Positions 23,819-35,581 are shown, counted from the first letter of the stretch. The stretch is 46,426 bases of DNA from an uncultured Dehalococcoidaceae bacterium (GCA_964598405.1 CAZRBS010000003.1:1-46426), one strand, 5' to 3'. Notes: a model not told the origin generated them from the letters alone. Program-made: numbers and translations.

Positions 23819-25684
23819 ATGATATGGTTCCGCAGAACCGCTGCGTTCACCCTGGCGTTGCTTGCTGTTCTCCTGTTTGTTCTGGGGCTGGTTGTTCTCC
23901 GCGCCGAGAATACCCTGGGAAACCCTGACTTCTACAACGAGCAGCTGCTTCAGGCTGATAGCTACAACTTCGTTTATGATGATATTCTTCCTGCCGTGCT
24001 GGAAGAGGCGGAGATTGGTGGGGGTACCTCGGAAGGGGGTGTTGATATCTCCCGGCTCAAGCCGCATATCATCAGCATGGCGGAGCAGACCGTACCCAGG
24101 GATTGGCTTCAAGCTCAGGTGGAGCAGGTTATCAATGAGACAGTGCCCTACGTCTGGGGCAGCCGGGAAGGTTTCACCGTCAATATTCCCCTGAAGGACC
24201 GGGTTGAAGCTGCCGCCCGGGCGACCAGAGATACGCTGCATAAGGAAGATGTGTTCCCTCTCCTGTACGAACAGGTTACGGCCCTTGCCGTTGATGAATT
24301 TGCCGGCAGCGCTGAAGAACTGCCGCCGCCGTTTGCCCTGAATAAAAGTGAGCTGGAAGCGGTGGTGCAAACGGTATTGCCGGCGGAGTGGATGCTTGGG
24401 CAGCTGGACGGCGCCATCGATGAAGTGGTGCCTTATTTTACCGGGGACAGCGAGCAATTCAGGATACAGGTGGACATATCTTACCAGGTGGACTCTCTGG
24501 AGGCTATCCTGATTGACATCCTCAGGCGGCCGGAGACTTATGATTATCTTTTTGAGGAAGTGGTGGCGCCGGCGATAAAAGAGAATACCCGGGAAATCAC
24601 CCGGCTTCCGATAGGTATAGAGTTGACCGATGAGGAAATCCTTCAGGCGACCAGAGAGGTGTTGCCTCTGGAGTGGTACCAGGCAAGGGTAACCGATATT
24701 GTCGGCCAGATGTTTTCCTACCTCAGAGGAACGCGGCAGACCATGGAGGTGGTCATCCCTCTTGCCGAACGCAAGCCGGCGGTGGTTGATACGCTGAGCG
24801 AACTGGCTGACCGGAAGCTGGAAAACCTGATAGATTCCCTTCCGCCATGTACGTCGTCGGAACTGCTGGACATGCTGTCGGAGCCGTCTTCGGGCAGTCT
24901 TCCCGCCTGCCGTCCTCTGGACATCTCTTATGCGGAACTCAAGGAGCTGCTGGGTATCGACGCCGCTGACGCGGTCGCGCCACTGGTGGATGTCTCACTG
25001 CCGGACCAGTGGACCTTTACCGATGCCGACCTGCGCCAGGCTCTGGGAGGTGAAGATGACGGGAATGTGCTTGACCAGATGCGGGAGGTGGTGCAGGAAG
25101 GGTTTATCTATACCAGTGAAGACCTCCGCGCCGACCTGGGAGAGGACTACCGTACGGTAGAAGACATACGGCAGCAGATAGCCGGTGGCTTTGTCTTTAC
25201 CGAAGCGGAGCTGCTTGAGCTGATGGGAGGTGACGGCGGGGGGAGTGGCGGTGGCCAGTTGCAGACCTTCCATGAGGTGCGCTCCTGGCTGGGGATGGTA
25301 AAGGACTGGAAAGCGGTCGCTTTGCTTTTCCCGGTTTTGCTTGTGCTCTCGGTCGGTTTGCTGGGAGGCAGGAAATGGAGCAGCAAGCTGATATGGGCGG
25401 CGGCGCTGCTGACGGTAATCGCTATCGTCACCTACGCCGTCTTCGGCCCGGTGTTCTCGGCAATGGCGCAGCCCAGGATTGACGGAGCGCTGGTGCAGTT
25501 GACCGCTCAACCCGACGGCATTCAGGCACTGGTAGCAGATAAAGGGGCCACCTTAGCGCAGAACGCCGTTGATAGCTTCATCGGGGGCATCAGGGTTCAG
25601 GCGTTTATTATACTGGGAGTATCTCTGGCGCTTGTTGTGGTCGGCAGCCTCTGGCATTTCTGGTTCGGGAAGAACAGGGCGTAG
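23819..25684 (+). CDS. Large membrane protein with acidic extracytoplasmic domain built from tandem modules (hypothetical)
   Basis: 621 aa. N-terminal TM (AAFTLALLAVLLFVLGLVVL), an acidic region of about 470 aa, a G-rich linker (GGDGGGSGGG), then three C-terminal hydrophobic helices. Confidence 0.7.
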   Translation: MIWFRRTAAFTLALLAVLLFVLGLVVLRAENTLGNPDFYNEQLLQADSYNFVYDDILPAVLEEAEIGGGTSEGGVDISRLKPHIISMAEQTVPRDWLQAQVEQVINETVPYVWGSREGFTVNIPLKDRVEAAARATRDTLHKEDVFPLLYEQVTALAVDEFAGSAEELPPPFALNKSELEAVVQTVLPAEWMLGQLDGAIDEVVPYFTGDSEQFRIQVDISYQVDSLEAILIDILRRPETYDYLFEEVVAPAIKENTREITRLPIGIELTDEEILQATREVLPLEWYQARVTDIVGQMFSYLRGTRQTMEVVIPLAERKPAVVDTLSELADRKLENLIDSLPPCTSSELLDMLSEPSSGSLPACRPLDISYAELKELLGIDAADAVAPLVDVSLPDQWTFTDADLRQALGGEDDGNVLDQMREVVQEGFIYTSEDLRADLGEDYRTVEDIRQQIAGGFVFTEAELLELMGGDGGGSGGGQLQTFHEVRSWLGMVKDWKAVALLFPVLLVLSVGLLGGRKWSSKLIWAAALLTVIAIVTYAVFGPVFSAMAQPRIDGALVQLTAQPDGIQALVADKGATLAQNAVDSFIGGIRVQAFIILGVSLALVVVGSLWHFWFGKNRA

Positions 25685-25764
25685 CTTGAAACGGGCCGTA
25701 GGGGGCTGGCCGCGCCTTCTTGCCCGGCTCCCGAATGCCTGAGAAGATGCTCTTTGCCGTCCTT

Positions 25765-25793
25765 TTGCCTTTCTGAGCCCGATGTTTTATAAT
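25765..25793 (+). promoter_or_regulatory. Candidate promoter for the HD-domain gene
   Basis: TTGCCT (25765-25770), a 17-nt spacer, then TATAAT (25788-25793), about 95 nt upstream of the ATG at 25888. Confidence 0.35.
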
Positions 25794-25887
25794 CCTGTAT
25801 TGGCATGTAACCAGACAGGGAGACCTCTTTGATTGCCTGCGATTCGCGGTTTCCGATGTGCCAGAACAAAGGTAAAGGAGCTGTAAA

Positions 25888-26454
25888 ATGCCGGAGCACG
25901 TGCCGACTTATGAGGAAGCGTTAGCTATTTTTAAGGAGTTTAACCGGAGTGAAAGCCTGCTGAAACACGCCTACGCGGTTGAAGGCGTGATGCGTTACAT
26001 TGCCAGAAAGAAGGGGGAGGATGAGGAGAAGTGGGGAATTGTCGGCCTGGTGCACGACCTGGACTACGAGAGCTTTCCGGAGCAGCACTGCCGGAAATCG
26101 CGCGAGATACTGGAAGAACGTGGCTGGCCGGAGGAGTACATACGGGCGGTTGTGTCCCACGGGTGGGGCATCTGCAGCGATGCCGAGCCGCAGACGGACA
26201 TGGAGAAAATACTGTATACCATCGATGAGCTGACCGGGCTGGTTACCGCGGTGGCGATAATCCGCCCGTCAAGGAGCGTGGCCGACCTGGAGGTAAAGTC
26301 GGTGCTGAAGAAATGGAAGGACAGGTCATTCGCTGCCGGCGTCAACCGTTCGATAATAGAGAAGGGGACGGAGATGCTGGGAGTGGAGCTAAGAGACCTG
26401 ATTACGGACGTCATTATGGGCATGCGCCAAGTGGCTGACAGGATAGGACTGTAA
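25888..26454 (+). CDS. HD-domain phosphohydrolase (COG2316-like)
   Basis: 188 aa. Motifs: LLKHAYAVEGVMRYIA, GLVHDLDYE, HGWGICSD, KKWKDRSFAAGVNR. Confidence 0.85.
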   Translation: MPEHVPTYEEALAIFKEFNRSESLLKHAYAVEGVMRYIARKKGEDEEKWGIVGLVHDLDYESFPEQHCRKSREILEERGWPEEYIRAVVSHGWGICSDAEPQTDMEKILYTIDELTGLVTAVAIIRPSRSVADLEVKSVLKKWKDRSFAAGVNRSIIEKGTEMLGVELRDLITDVIMGMRQVADRIGL

Positions 26455-26504
26455 AGCCTGCCAATCAAGGGACTTGATTTTTATTCAGGGAGCAGCAGCG
26501 AGTT

Positions 26505-27488
26505 ATGAAGAAACGGGTATTTTCCGGCATCCAGCCGACGGGTAATATTCATATTGGAAACTATCTGGGAGCGATTCAGCACTGGGTGAAGTCACAGACC
26601 GAGGTGGAGAGCATTTTCTGCATCGTTGACCTGCATGCCATTACCGTTCCTCAGGAGCCCGCGAACCTGAAGGCGAAGATACGTGAGCTGGCCGGTCTTC
26701 TTTATGCCGCGGGCATTGACCCCGAGGTCTCGGCGCTCTTTGTCCAGTCCCATGTTGCTGCCCATGCCGAGCTTACCTGGGTACTCAACTGCTTTATCCC
26801 CATGGGGTGGATGGGACGCATGACCCAGTTCAAGGAAAAGTCACAGAAACAGAGAGAGCAGGTCAGCGTCGGGCTTTTTGACTATCCGGCTTTGATGGCG
26901 GCGGACATCCTGCTTTACCAGACTGACCTTGTTCCGGTGGGGGAAGACCAGAAGCAGCATGTGGAGCTGACGCGGGATGTGGCGCAGCGGTTTAATTCAA
27001 TCTACGGGGAAACTTTCCAGGTACCCGAGGTGGTGATACCGGAAACGGGGGCGCGCATCATGGGCCTGGACAACCCGACCGAAAAGATGAGCAAGAGCGA
27101 GGCGCAATCGGCCCATGCCATCTGTCTGCTTGATTCGCCGGACGAGATACGTGCCAAGGTTATGAGAGCGACTACCGATTCGCTGCGGGAGATTCGCTTT
27201 GACGAGGACCGTCCCGGAATCAACAACCTGCTGACCATCTATGAGCTTTTTACCAGGCTCGGTAGGAAGGAGATTGAGGCGCGGTTCGAGGGGAAAGGTT
27301 ACGCCGTTTTCAAGCAGGAGCTGGCAGAAGTTATTATCCAGGGTCTGAGTCCATTGCAGTCCCGCTACCGGGAACTGACCGCCGACCCCGGTTACATCGA
27401 AGCTTTGCTGGCGGAAGGGGCGGCACTGGTCCGTCCCGTGGCCGAAAAGACCCTGGCTCTGGCCAAGGAAAGGGTGGGGCTGGGGTGA
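26505..27488 (+). CDS. trpS: Tryptophan--tRNA ligase
   Basis: 327 aa. [15 protein letters not shown] (HIGH-type motif), KMSKS, and [13 protein letters not shown]. Confidence 0.95.
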   Translation: MKKRVFSGIQPTGNIHIGNYLGAIQHWVKSQTEVESIFCIVDLHAITVPQEPANLKAKIRELAGLLYAAGIDPEVSALFVQSHVAAHAELTWVLNCFIPMGWMGRMTQFKEKSQKQREQVSVGLFDYPALMAADILLYQTDLVPVGEDQKQHVELTRDVAQRFNSIYGETFQVPEVVIPETGARIMGLDNPTEKMSKSEAQSAHAICLLDSPDEIRAKVMRATTDSLREIRFDEDRPGINNLLTIYELFTRLGRKEIEARFEGKGYAVFKQELAEVIIQGLSPLQSRYRELTADPGYIEALLAEGAALVRPVAEKTLALAKERVGLG

Positions 27489-27509
27489 GCCCGGGTTAAG
27501 CTGTTGCCC

Positions 27510-28967
27510 CTATCCTTTGATTACCCCGATGGGCCTGGTCCGGGAGACGATTTTTGATATTCCGGCACGGTGCACGATTTTGACTACGGAAGTTACGTCT
27601 TTGTAGGCTTCGGAGGCTTCCTCGGCCAGCCCGGAGAGGCTACCGGTTCGGACGGTTATGCCGCGTGCCTTTAACGTTTCCAGAACATCTCCGCCCCTGA
27701 GATGCTTTTTGGCTGCTGACCGGCTTTGAACTCTGCCGGCGCCGTGGCAGGTAGAGCCGAAAGTCTCTTTCATCGCCCTTTCCGTGCCCACCAGCACGTA
27801 GGAAAGGCGCCCCATATCTCCCGGGATGAGCACCGGCTGCCCTGTCCGGGAGTATTTCGGAGGGACATCGGGGTGGCCCGCCGGGAAGGCCCTGGTGGCG
27901 CCTTTGCGGTGTACGCACAGCTTCTGCCGGCGACCGTCTATCTCATATTCTTCTATCTTGGCGATGTTGTGGGTGACATCATAGATGAGCTCCAGCCCGG
28001 CATCCTTCTCGCTTTTTTGCATCACCCGGCAGAAAGCCTCTCTCACCCAGTGGGTGATGCACTGGCGGTTGGCCCAGGCATAGTTGGCGGCACACCTCAT
28101 GGCGGCGAGATACGCCTGCCCTTCCGGGGATTTTACCGGACTGCAGGCGAGCTGTCGGTCGGGCAATTCAATACCGTATCTGTTCATCGCCCTGACCATT
28201 TCCTTAACATAATCGTCGGCTACCTGGTGTCCCAGGCCCCGGGAACCGCAGTGTATCAAGAGCATTACCTGCCCCGTCTGGTCTATCCCCATTTCGCCGG
28301 CAATATCCGGCTCGTATATCTCATCGACTATTGCTACCTCGAGGAAGTGGTTACCGGAGCCCAGCGTGCCCAGCTGGGGTATGCCTCTATCTTTGGCTCG
28401 GCTGCTGACTCTGGCGGGGTCAGCCCCGCTCATCTCGCCCCTTTCCTCCGTGGTTTCCAGGTCTTCCGGTTGGCCGTAGCCGTTCTCTACCGCCCAGCGC
28501 GAGCCTTTGACCAGCACCTTATCAATCTCCCCCGCCCGCAGCCTTATTCTGCCTTTTGACCCCAGGCCCGAGGGCACATTGCTGAAAAGGGCGTCTACGA
28601 GCTCTTTTATCCTGGGGCAGACCTCTTCCCCGGTCAGGTTGGTGCGCAGTATGCGCACCCCGCAGTTGATGTCGAAGCCGACCCCGCCCGGAGAGACCAC
28701 GCCGTCATCCATTCTCATGGCGGCCACGCCTCCTATGGGGAACCCGTAGCCCCAGTGGATATCGGGCATCGCCAGGGAGCAGTCCACTATGCCGGGCAGG
28801 AAAGCGACGTTGGCCACCTGCTCCGGCGCCTGCTCCTGCCGGGTCTTCCGCAGCATTTCTGCATCGGCGTAGATTATGCCGGGTACGCGCATCCCTTTTT
28901 TGTAACTCTGCGGTATCCGCCAGCGGTATTCGTCTATCTTCTCTAAAGGCCCGTTCCACTGAGTCAT
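27510..28967 (-). CDS. rtcB: RNA-splicing ligase RtcB (3'-phosphate/5'-hydroxyl RNA ligase)
   Basis: Motifs: GGVGFDINCGVR, GSGNHFLE, HCGSRGLGHQ, CHGAGR. The ATG at 28967 follows GGAGGTGAGG; the ORF-track GTG at 28976 lies inside that RBS. Confidence 0.95.
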   Translation of the reverse strand: MTQWNGPLEKIDEYRWRIPQSYKKGMRVPGIIYADAEMLRKTRQEQAPEQVANVAFLPGIVDCSLAMPDIHWGYGFPIGGVAAMRMDDGVVSPGGVGFDINCGVRILRTNLTGEEVCPRIKELVDALFSNVPSGLGSKGRIRLRAGEIDKVLVKGSRWAVENGYGQPEDLETTEERGEMSGADPARVSSRAKDRGIPQLGTLGSGNHFLEVAIVDEIYEPDIAGEMGIDQTGQVMLLIHCGSRGLGHQVADDYVKEMVRAMNRYGIELPDRQLACSPVKSPEGQAYLAAMRCAANYAWANRQCITHWVREAFCRVMQKSEKDAGLELIYDVTHNIAKIEEYEIDGRRQKLCVHRKGATRAFPAGHPDVPPKYSRTGQPVLIPGDMGRLSYVLVGTERAMKETFGSTCHGAGRVQSRSAAKKHLRGGDVLETLKARGITVRTGSLSGLAEEASEAYKDVTSVVKIVHRAGISKIVSRTRPIGVIKG

Positions 28968-28989
28968 TTTCCTCACCTCCTAAACGTCT

Positions 28990-29400
28990 CTAAACGTCAA
29001 AGATGACCCGGATCCGGTTTTTCTCCCGGTCCACTTCGAGCATGTGGTAGGTAGCTGACTTGACTCCCAGCTTTAACTGATGGCGGGACGGGTCATATTT
29101 TTCGCCGTAGCAGGTTGCTTTCAATCTCCGCCCGTCAAATTCGGTGATATCGAACCTTTTGAATAAAATCATATCAACATCAAAGAGATAGATTAGGCGG
29201 TTGAGCCACTCGAAAAGTAAAGCCTCCGGATCATCTTCGCTGAGTTCCAGCCGGCGTGATTCGGTTTCCTTTACCGTCTTGAGTTCGGCGATTATGGAGA
29301 ACAGGCCGTAGGCGGCATTGGCAAATGCCTCTGCCACGGTCTGCCCGTAGGCGACCAAGCCCAGGTCAGCGGTATGCGCTATAAGCTCGAATCTTTTCAT
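28990..29400 (-). CDS. Archease (RtcB activator)
   Basis: 136 aa. N-terminal FELIAHTADLGLVAYG, with a length and C-terminal beta-rich segment typical of archease. Sits immediately upstream of rtcB. Confidence 0.9.
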   Translation of the reverse strand: MKRFELIAHTADLGLVAYGQTVAEAFANAAYGLFSIIAELKTVKETESRRLELSEDDPEALLFEWLNRLIYLFDVDMILFKRFDITEFDGRRLKATCYGEKYDPSRHQLKLGVKSATYHMLEVDREKNRIRVIFDV

Positions 29401-29463
29401 TATTTTACTGATACTCCATATTCAATTATAAGATTTTTTGCCCGGATGATAAAGCTGACCAGC

Positions 29464-29492
29464 TTGAACTGGCCTTTGATTCATTGTATTAT
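29464..29492 (+). promoter_or_regulatory. Candidate promoter for ahcY-metK
   Basis: TTGAAC (29464-29469), a 17-nt spacer, then TATTAT (29487-29492), in an AT-rich 129-bp divergent intergenic region. AAGGAG RBS before the GTG at 29530. Confidence 0.4.
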
Positions 29493-29520
29493 TTAAATTA
29501 ATGCATTTTTATTAATCTAA

Positions 29521-30792
<1,272 letters not shown>

Positions 30793-30841
30793 GACGAAAT
30801 CATTTGACATAAAGTTATTTTCTATTCAAGACGGAGGAAGA

Positions 30842-32053
30842 ATGAAAAATAGTTTCGCCAGTTCTTCTCGCTATCTGATGACATCGGAATCAGTTACCGA
30901 AGGTCACCCGGACAAGTTATGCGACCAGATATCGGATGGCATTCTGGATATTATTCTGGAACAGGACCCTTACGGCAGGGTGGCCTGTGAAACGGCGGTG
31001 ACCAATGGCCTGGTAATGGTCATGGGTGAAATTACCACCAATTGCTACGTGGAGATTCCGCGGATAGTACGGAGGGTGGTCAGAGAAATAGGCTATACCC
31101 GTCCCGAGTACGGCTTTGAGTACCAGTCCTGCGGGGTAATGGTTTCCATTAACGAGCAGTCCAGTGACATTGACATGGGAGTCAGCAAATCATTTGAGGC
31201 GAAGAAAAAAGCCGCTATTGATGAACTGGATAAAATTGGCGCCGGAGACCAGGGAATGATGATTGGATTTGCCTGTAACGAGACGCCTGAACTTATGCCG
31301 CTTCCCATTTCCCTGGCGCACCGGCTGTGCCAGCAGCTTGCCCGGGTGAGGAAGGACGGGACTTTGCCTTACCTCCGCCCCGATGGCAAGTCGCAGGTGA
31401 CCGTGGAATATCATAACGGCACTCCCAAGAGGGTAAACAGCGTGGTAATTGGCGCCCAGCACGACGACGGGGTCAGTCATGATAGAATAGAGCGGGAAGT
31501 CATTGAGAAAGTGATCAGGGTAATTGTGCCCGCTTCACTCATGGATGATGAGACCGTGTTTTATGTGAACGCTACCGGGAGGTTTGTCATCGGCGGGCCG
31601 GTGTCTGATACCGGTTTTACCGGACGGAAGATTCTGGTGGATACTTATGGCGGAGTTGCCCGGCACGGCGGAGGTTGTTTTTCCGGCAAAGACCCGACCA
31701 AGGTCGACCGTTCGGCGGCTTACGCCGCCCGCTATATCGCCAAGAATATGGTAGCGGCAGGACTGGCGGAGCGGCTGGAAATACAGATTGCGTATGTTAT
31801 CGGAGTTGCCCACCCGCTGTCCGTTTCCATTGAGACGTTTGGCACGGCAAAGGTTGACCAGGAAGTCCTGTTGAAACTGGTCGACAGGCACTTCGACCTG
31901 AGGCCGGGGGCTATCATCCGGGACCTTGACCTGCGCCGTCCCATCTACCGGGCTACCGCTGCCTACGGGCACTTCGGCAGGACGGACATTGACCTTCCCT
32001 GGGAGAAAACGGATAAGGCCGAAATCCTGAGGAAAGAGGCCCTGGGCAAATAG
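30842..32053 (+). CDS. metK: Methionine adenosyltransferase (SAM synthetase)
   Basis: 403 aa. Motifs: [59 protein letters not shown]. Confidence 0.95.
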   Translation: MKNSFASSSRYLMTSESVTEGHPDKLCDQISDGILDIILEQDPYGRVACETAVTNGLVMVMGEITTNCYVEIPRIVRRVVREIGYTRPEYGFEYQSCGVMVSINEQSSDIDMGVSKSFEAKKKAAIDELDKIGAGDQGMMIGFACNETPELMPLPISLAHRLCQQLARVRKDGTLPYLRPDGKSQVTVEYHNGTPKRVNSVVIGAQHDDGVSHDRIEREVIEKVIRVIVPASLMDDETVFYVNATGRFVIGGPVSDTGFTGRKILVDTYGGVARHGGGCFSGKDPTKVDRSAAYAARYIAKNMVAAGLAERLEIQIAYVIGVAHPLSVSIETFGTAKVDQEVLLKLVDRHFDLRPGAIIRDLDLRRPIYRATAAYGHFGRTDIDLPWEKTDKAEILRKEALGK

Positions 32054-32109
32054 AGATGGGGAGCGGAAGCTCCTCTGACCTGACATCAAAATCCAAGGGG
32101 GTGAGGTAG

Positions 32110-33537
32110 ATAAATAATCCGATTAAGTTTGGCACCGATGGCTGGAGGGCCATTATTGCTCAGGACTTTACCTTTGATAATGTGCGGGCCTGTGCTCAGG
32201 GCGTTGCCGAATACCTCAAACAGGCGGGGCTGGCCAAATGCGGACTGGTTATCGGCTATGATGCCCGGTTTGCTTCCGAGGACTTTGCTGCCGCGTCTGC
32301 GGAGGTGGTTGCCGGTAATGGTATCAAGGTCTACCTCTGTTCTCAGATAGCGCCGACGCCGGTGGTCAGCTTCGGCGTTCAGGCGAAGGAAGCGGGTGGC
32401 GCCATCATCATCACCGCCAGCCACAATTCGGCGGTCTGGAATGGTTTCAAATGCAAGGACGAGCACGGCGCCAGTGCCCCGGGTGAAGTTATTGCCCAAA
32501 TAGAAAAGTTTATCAACCAGGTTCTGGCTGCGGGCAGGATAAGCCGGTTGCCGCTGTCAGAGGCTCTGGAGCGGGGACTGGTGGAGTATTTTGACCCGGC
32601 TCCGCTCTATTTGAATCGGATAGCCGGGCTGGTTGACCTGGAGGGGTTGAAACAGGCTGGACTTGAGGTGGTGGTCGACTCGATGTACGGCGCCGGTGCC
32701 GGATATCTCAAGGGAATACTGAGTGGAGGACGCACCAGGGTAATTGAAATAAACGAAGAGCGAAATCCCCTCTTTCCCGGTATGATGCGCCCGGAACCTA
32801 TTGCCGCCAATCTGGCCAAACTCTCCGCTACCGTCAGAGAAGGGGGAGCAAACGCGGGGCTGGCCACTGATGGTGACGCCGACAGGATGGGGGTGATGGA
32901 TGAAAAGGGGACGTTTCTGACCCAGCTCCAGGTCTTTGCCCTTCTCTGCCTTTATCTGCTGGAGATTCGGGGTGAGCGCGGCCCCATCGTGAAGACGATA
33001 ACCACCACCAGCATGATTTATCGTCTGGGAGAGATGTTCGACGTGCCGGTGCACGAGACGGCGGTTGGCTTCAAGTATATTGCCCCGATAATGCTCTCCG
33101 AAGATGTGCTCGTCGGCGGCGAGGAAAGCGGCGGCTACGGCTTCCGAGGGCATGTGCCGGAGCGCGATGGCATTCTGGCGAGCCTCTATTTCCTTGACCT
33201 GATGGTTAAGACGGGTAAGACCCCTTCCGAGCTTATAGAATACCTTTACCGTAAAGTGGGCCCTCATTACTATAAACGGGTGGATGTTGAATTCAGCGCG
33301 GATGAACGCCGGAACATAATTGACCGCCTGCGGGATAACCCGCCGCAGTCCATAGAGGGCGTCAAAGTGGCGAGGGCTGATACGCTCGATGGTTTCCGGT
33401 TTACCCTGGCCGACAATACCTGGCTGCTGGTCAGGTTTTCCGGAACGGAGCCGGTGCTCCGTATTTACACGGAGACCGATTCCCCGGAGCGTGCGGACAG
33501 GCTGCTTGATTTTGGCAGGAAGTTAGCCGGGGTTTGA
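32110..33537 (+). CDS. Phosphoglucomutase/phosphomannomutase family protein
   Basis: Active-site TASHNSAVWNGFK, Mg site ATDGDADR, sugar loop GGEESGG. The conserved N-terminus IKFGTDGWRAIIAQDFTFDNV lies upstream of the ORF-track GTG (32182) and in frame with it. It is bounded by the TAG at 32107-32109, so the start must be ATA (32110) or ATT (32122). RBS-like AAGGGGGTGA at 32095-32104. Confidence 0.85.
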   Translation: MNNPIKFGTDGWRAIIAQDFTFDNVRACAQGVAEYLKQAGLAKCGLVIGYDARFASEDFAAASAEVVAGNGIKVYLCSQIAPTPVVSFGVQAKEAGGAIIITASHNSAVWNGFKCKDEHGASAPGEVIAQIEKFINQVLAAGRISRLPLSEALERGLVEYFDPAPLYLNRIAGLVDLEGLKQAGLEVVVDSMYGAGAGYLKGILSGGRTRVIEINEERNPLFPGMMRPEPIAANLAKLSATVREGGANAGLATDGDADRMGVMDEKGTFLTQLQVFALLCLYLLEIRGERGPIVKTITTTSMIYRLGEMFDVPVHETAVGFKYIAPIMLSEDVLVGGEESGGYGFRGHVPERDGILASLYFLDLMVKTGKTPSELIEYLYRKVGPHYYKRVDVEFSADERRNIIDRLRDNPPQSIEGVKVARADTLDGFRFTLADNTWLLVRFSGTEPVLRIYTETDSPERADRLLDFGRKLAGV

Positions 33538-33549
33538 GTTGTCCGGCTT

Positions 33550-33945
33550 TTACCGCTTGGTGTACTGAGGCGCTTTCCGCGCTCTTCTGAGGCCGGGCTT
33601 TTTCCTCTCTTTGACCCGCGGGTCTCTGGTCAGCAGTCCGCTCTGGCGCAGCAGGGGTTTGAAGCTTTCATTTGCCCGGACCAGGGCTCTGGAAATGCCG
33701 TGTGCAATAGCATCGCTTTGTCCGGTAACGCCGCCGCCGTTTACCTTGACCACGGCATTATATTTGCCGAGACTTTCGCTCGCCAGAAAAGGCTGCAGTA
33801 TTGTCTGCAGGTGCTCAATGCTGGTGAAAAGTTCCTCATAGGGCGTGCCATTGACGATAATGGCGCCGTTTCCTTTGAGTAGCCTTACCTGAGCTACTGC
33901 CGTTTTTCGCCGGCCGGTCCCGTGAAAGTAAGTCTGCTTCTCCAA
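33550..33945 (-). CDS. rpsI: 30S ribosomal protein S9
   Basis: 131 aa. GTGRRKTAVAQV.. and C-terminal RKAPQYTKR. TTG start with GGAG RBS. Confidence 0.95.
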   Translation of the reverse strand: MEKQTYFHGTGRRKTAVAQVRLLKGNGAIIVNGTPYEELFTSIEHLQTILQPFLASESLGKYNAVVKVNGGGVTGQSDAIAHGISRALVRANESFKPLLRQSGLLTRDPRVKERKKPGLRRARKAPQYTKR

Positions 33946-33981
33946 TTAAAAAACTCCTTCAAACTTTCCTGATGTCAGTGC

Positions 33982-34410
33982 TTAACCCTGCGGTACGTCC
34001 TTTATCTGAGCCTGGTGAGGGTGGTTATCACCGGTGTAAATCTTGAGCCTTTTCTTCATACTAGCACCTAAACGCGTGCGGGGCAACATGCCTTTCACCG
34101 CGTGCTCGATTACCCGGGCCGGGCTGGACTCCATCATTTGCTCCAGCGGTTTGCTCCTGAATCCGCCAGGATACCCGGAATGCCGGTAATAACGTTTTTG
34201 CCTGGTCTTGTCGCCGGTGACCCGGATCTTCTCTGCGTTGGTGACGATGACGAAGTCCCCGGCGTCCAGATTGGGGCTGAATATCGGCTTGTGTTTGCCT
34301 ATGAGTAAACCGGCTGCCTGAGTGGCCAGACTGCCCAGGGTTTTGCCCGTGGCGTCAATGATATGCCACTGTCGTTCAATATCGGCTTTCTTGGCAGTGT
34401 AGGTTTTCAT
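33982..34410 (-). CDS. rplM: 50S ribosomal protein L13
   Basis: 142 aa. [30 protein letters not shown]. Confidence 0.95.
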   Translation of the reverse strand: MKTYTAKKADIERQWHIIDATGKTLGSLATQAAGLLIGKHKPIFSPNLDAGDFVIVTNAEKIRVTGDKTRQKRYYRHSGYPGGFRSKPLEQMMESSPARVIEHAVKGMLPRTRLGASMKKRLKIYTGDNHPHQAQIKDVPQG

Positions 34411-35231
34411 CAGTTATATGCCTCCTCCAAAGGGAATGGATAGCTTACCCGCGTCAGGTGCAGCCCGCAGGCGGGTGCCGCCGGGCCGGCCAGACCGGGC
34501 TTTCTGGCGGCAACCATGCTGCCGAAATCGGCGACTGCCATCTTCCCCAGACCGACCTTGATTAAAGCCCCGACGGTATTCCTCACCTGGTGGGGCAGGA
34601 ATGAGATGGCAACAATATTAAAAATAACCAGGTCGCCGTCCCTCTCCATTCCGGCGCGGTAAATGCGGCGTACGGTGCTCTTTATCCCGCTGCCCTCAAG
34701 GCAGGTGGCAAATGAGGCAAAATCATGTTTTCCGATGAGGGCCTGGCAGGCCTCGTTCATTGCCTCGATGTTCAGATGTCCGGCAACCAGATGGGCCAGA
34801 CGGCGTTTTAGCGGCGACCGTGTGGGACTGTTTAGTATGTAGTAGTTATACTCCCGGCTGAGGGCATGGCGCCTGACGTTAAATGCATCGCCGGTCCTGA
34901 AGGCGGCCCTGACCGCGATGTCAGCGGGCAAATAATAATTCAACCCCTTGACAAATGTGGCCGGAGGCAGGGGTGACTTTGTCCGGAAGCTGACCACCTG
35001 TTTCTCGGCGTGAACTCCGGTGTCAGTCCGGCTGGCTGCCGCCACCCGGCTCTTTTCTCCGGTAAGCCTGCCTATTGCTTTCTCTATCTCCCCCTGGATG
35101 GTGGGTAGATTGGCCTGCAACTGGAAGCCGTGATAATTTGTGCCGTCGTATTCCATAATCAATGCAATCCTGGTGCTTGTTGTCGGGCTGGCGGACCTTT
35201 TTAATTCTGCGCTGGTTGCGGTTACCATCAT
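34410..35231 (-). CDS. truA: tRNA pseudouridine(38-40) synthase
   Basis: 273 aa. [29 protein letters not shown] (catalytic Asp). The ATG overlaps the rplQ stop. Confidence 0.9.
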   Translation of the reverse strand: MMVTATSAELKRSASPTTSTRIALIMEYDGTNYHGFQLQANLPTIQGEIEKAIGRLTGEKSRVAAASRTDTGVHAEKQVVSFRTKSPLPPATFVKGLNYYLPADIAVRAAFRTGDAFNVRRHALSREYNYYILNSPTRSPLKRRLAHLVAGHLNIEAMNEACQALIGKHDFASFATCLEGSGIKSTVRRIYRAGMERDGDLVIFNIVAISFLPHQVRNTVGALIKVGLGKMAVADFGSMVAARKPGLAGPAAPACGLHLTRVSYPFPLEEAYN

Positions 35232-35581
35232 TCTACCAATGCCAGCCCGACCATGGGAGCGCCGTCGCCCTGTCTGGGCCCCAGCTTGACGATGCGGGTA
35301 TAGCCGCCGGGGCGCCCGGCATACCTGTCAGCCAGTTCGGAAAATACCCTTTCCACCACCGTCTTATCAATGATGAAGGACAGGGCCTGGCGAAACGCGG
35401 GGAGGCCGCCCTTTTTGCCCAGGGTAATCATTTTCTCCGCCAAACTGCGCACTTCCTTGGCTTTAGCCTCCGTGGTGGTAATTTTATCGTACCTCAGGAG
35501 GTCGGTCACCAGGTTGCGGTACAGCGCTCTGCGGTGACTTGTCGTTCTGCCTAATTTTCTACCGGCTATTTTATGTCTCAT
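35228..35581 (-). CDS. rplQ: 50S ribosomal protein L17
   Basis: 117 aa. [35 protein letters not shown]. Confidence 0.95.
   Translation of the reverse strand: MRHKIAGRKLGRTTSHRRALYRNLVTDLLRYDKITTTEAKAKEVRSLAEKMITLGKKGGLPAFRQALSFIIDKTVVERVFSELADRYAGRPGGYTRIVKLGPRQGDGAPMVGLALVE

Noticed and set aside
26455-26504. T-box leader upstream of trpS
   Set aside because: Only 50 nt separate the HD gene stop from the trpS ATG, far too short for a T-box. No specifier/T-box sequence was seen.
27726-28559. 277-aa plus-strand ORF
   Set aside because: Antisense to rtcB. No motifs. Shadow ORF.
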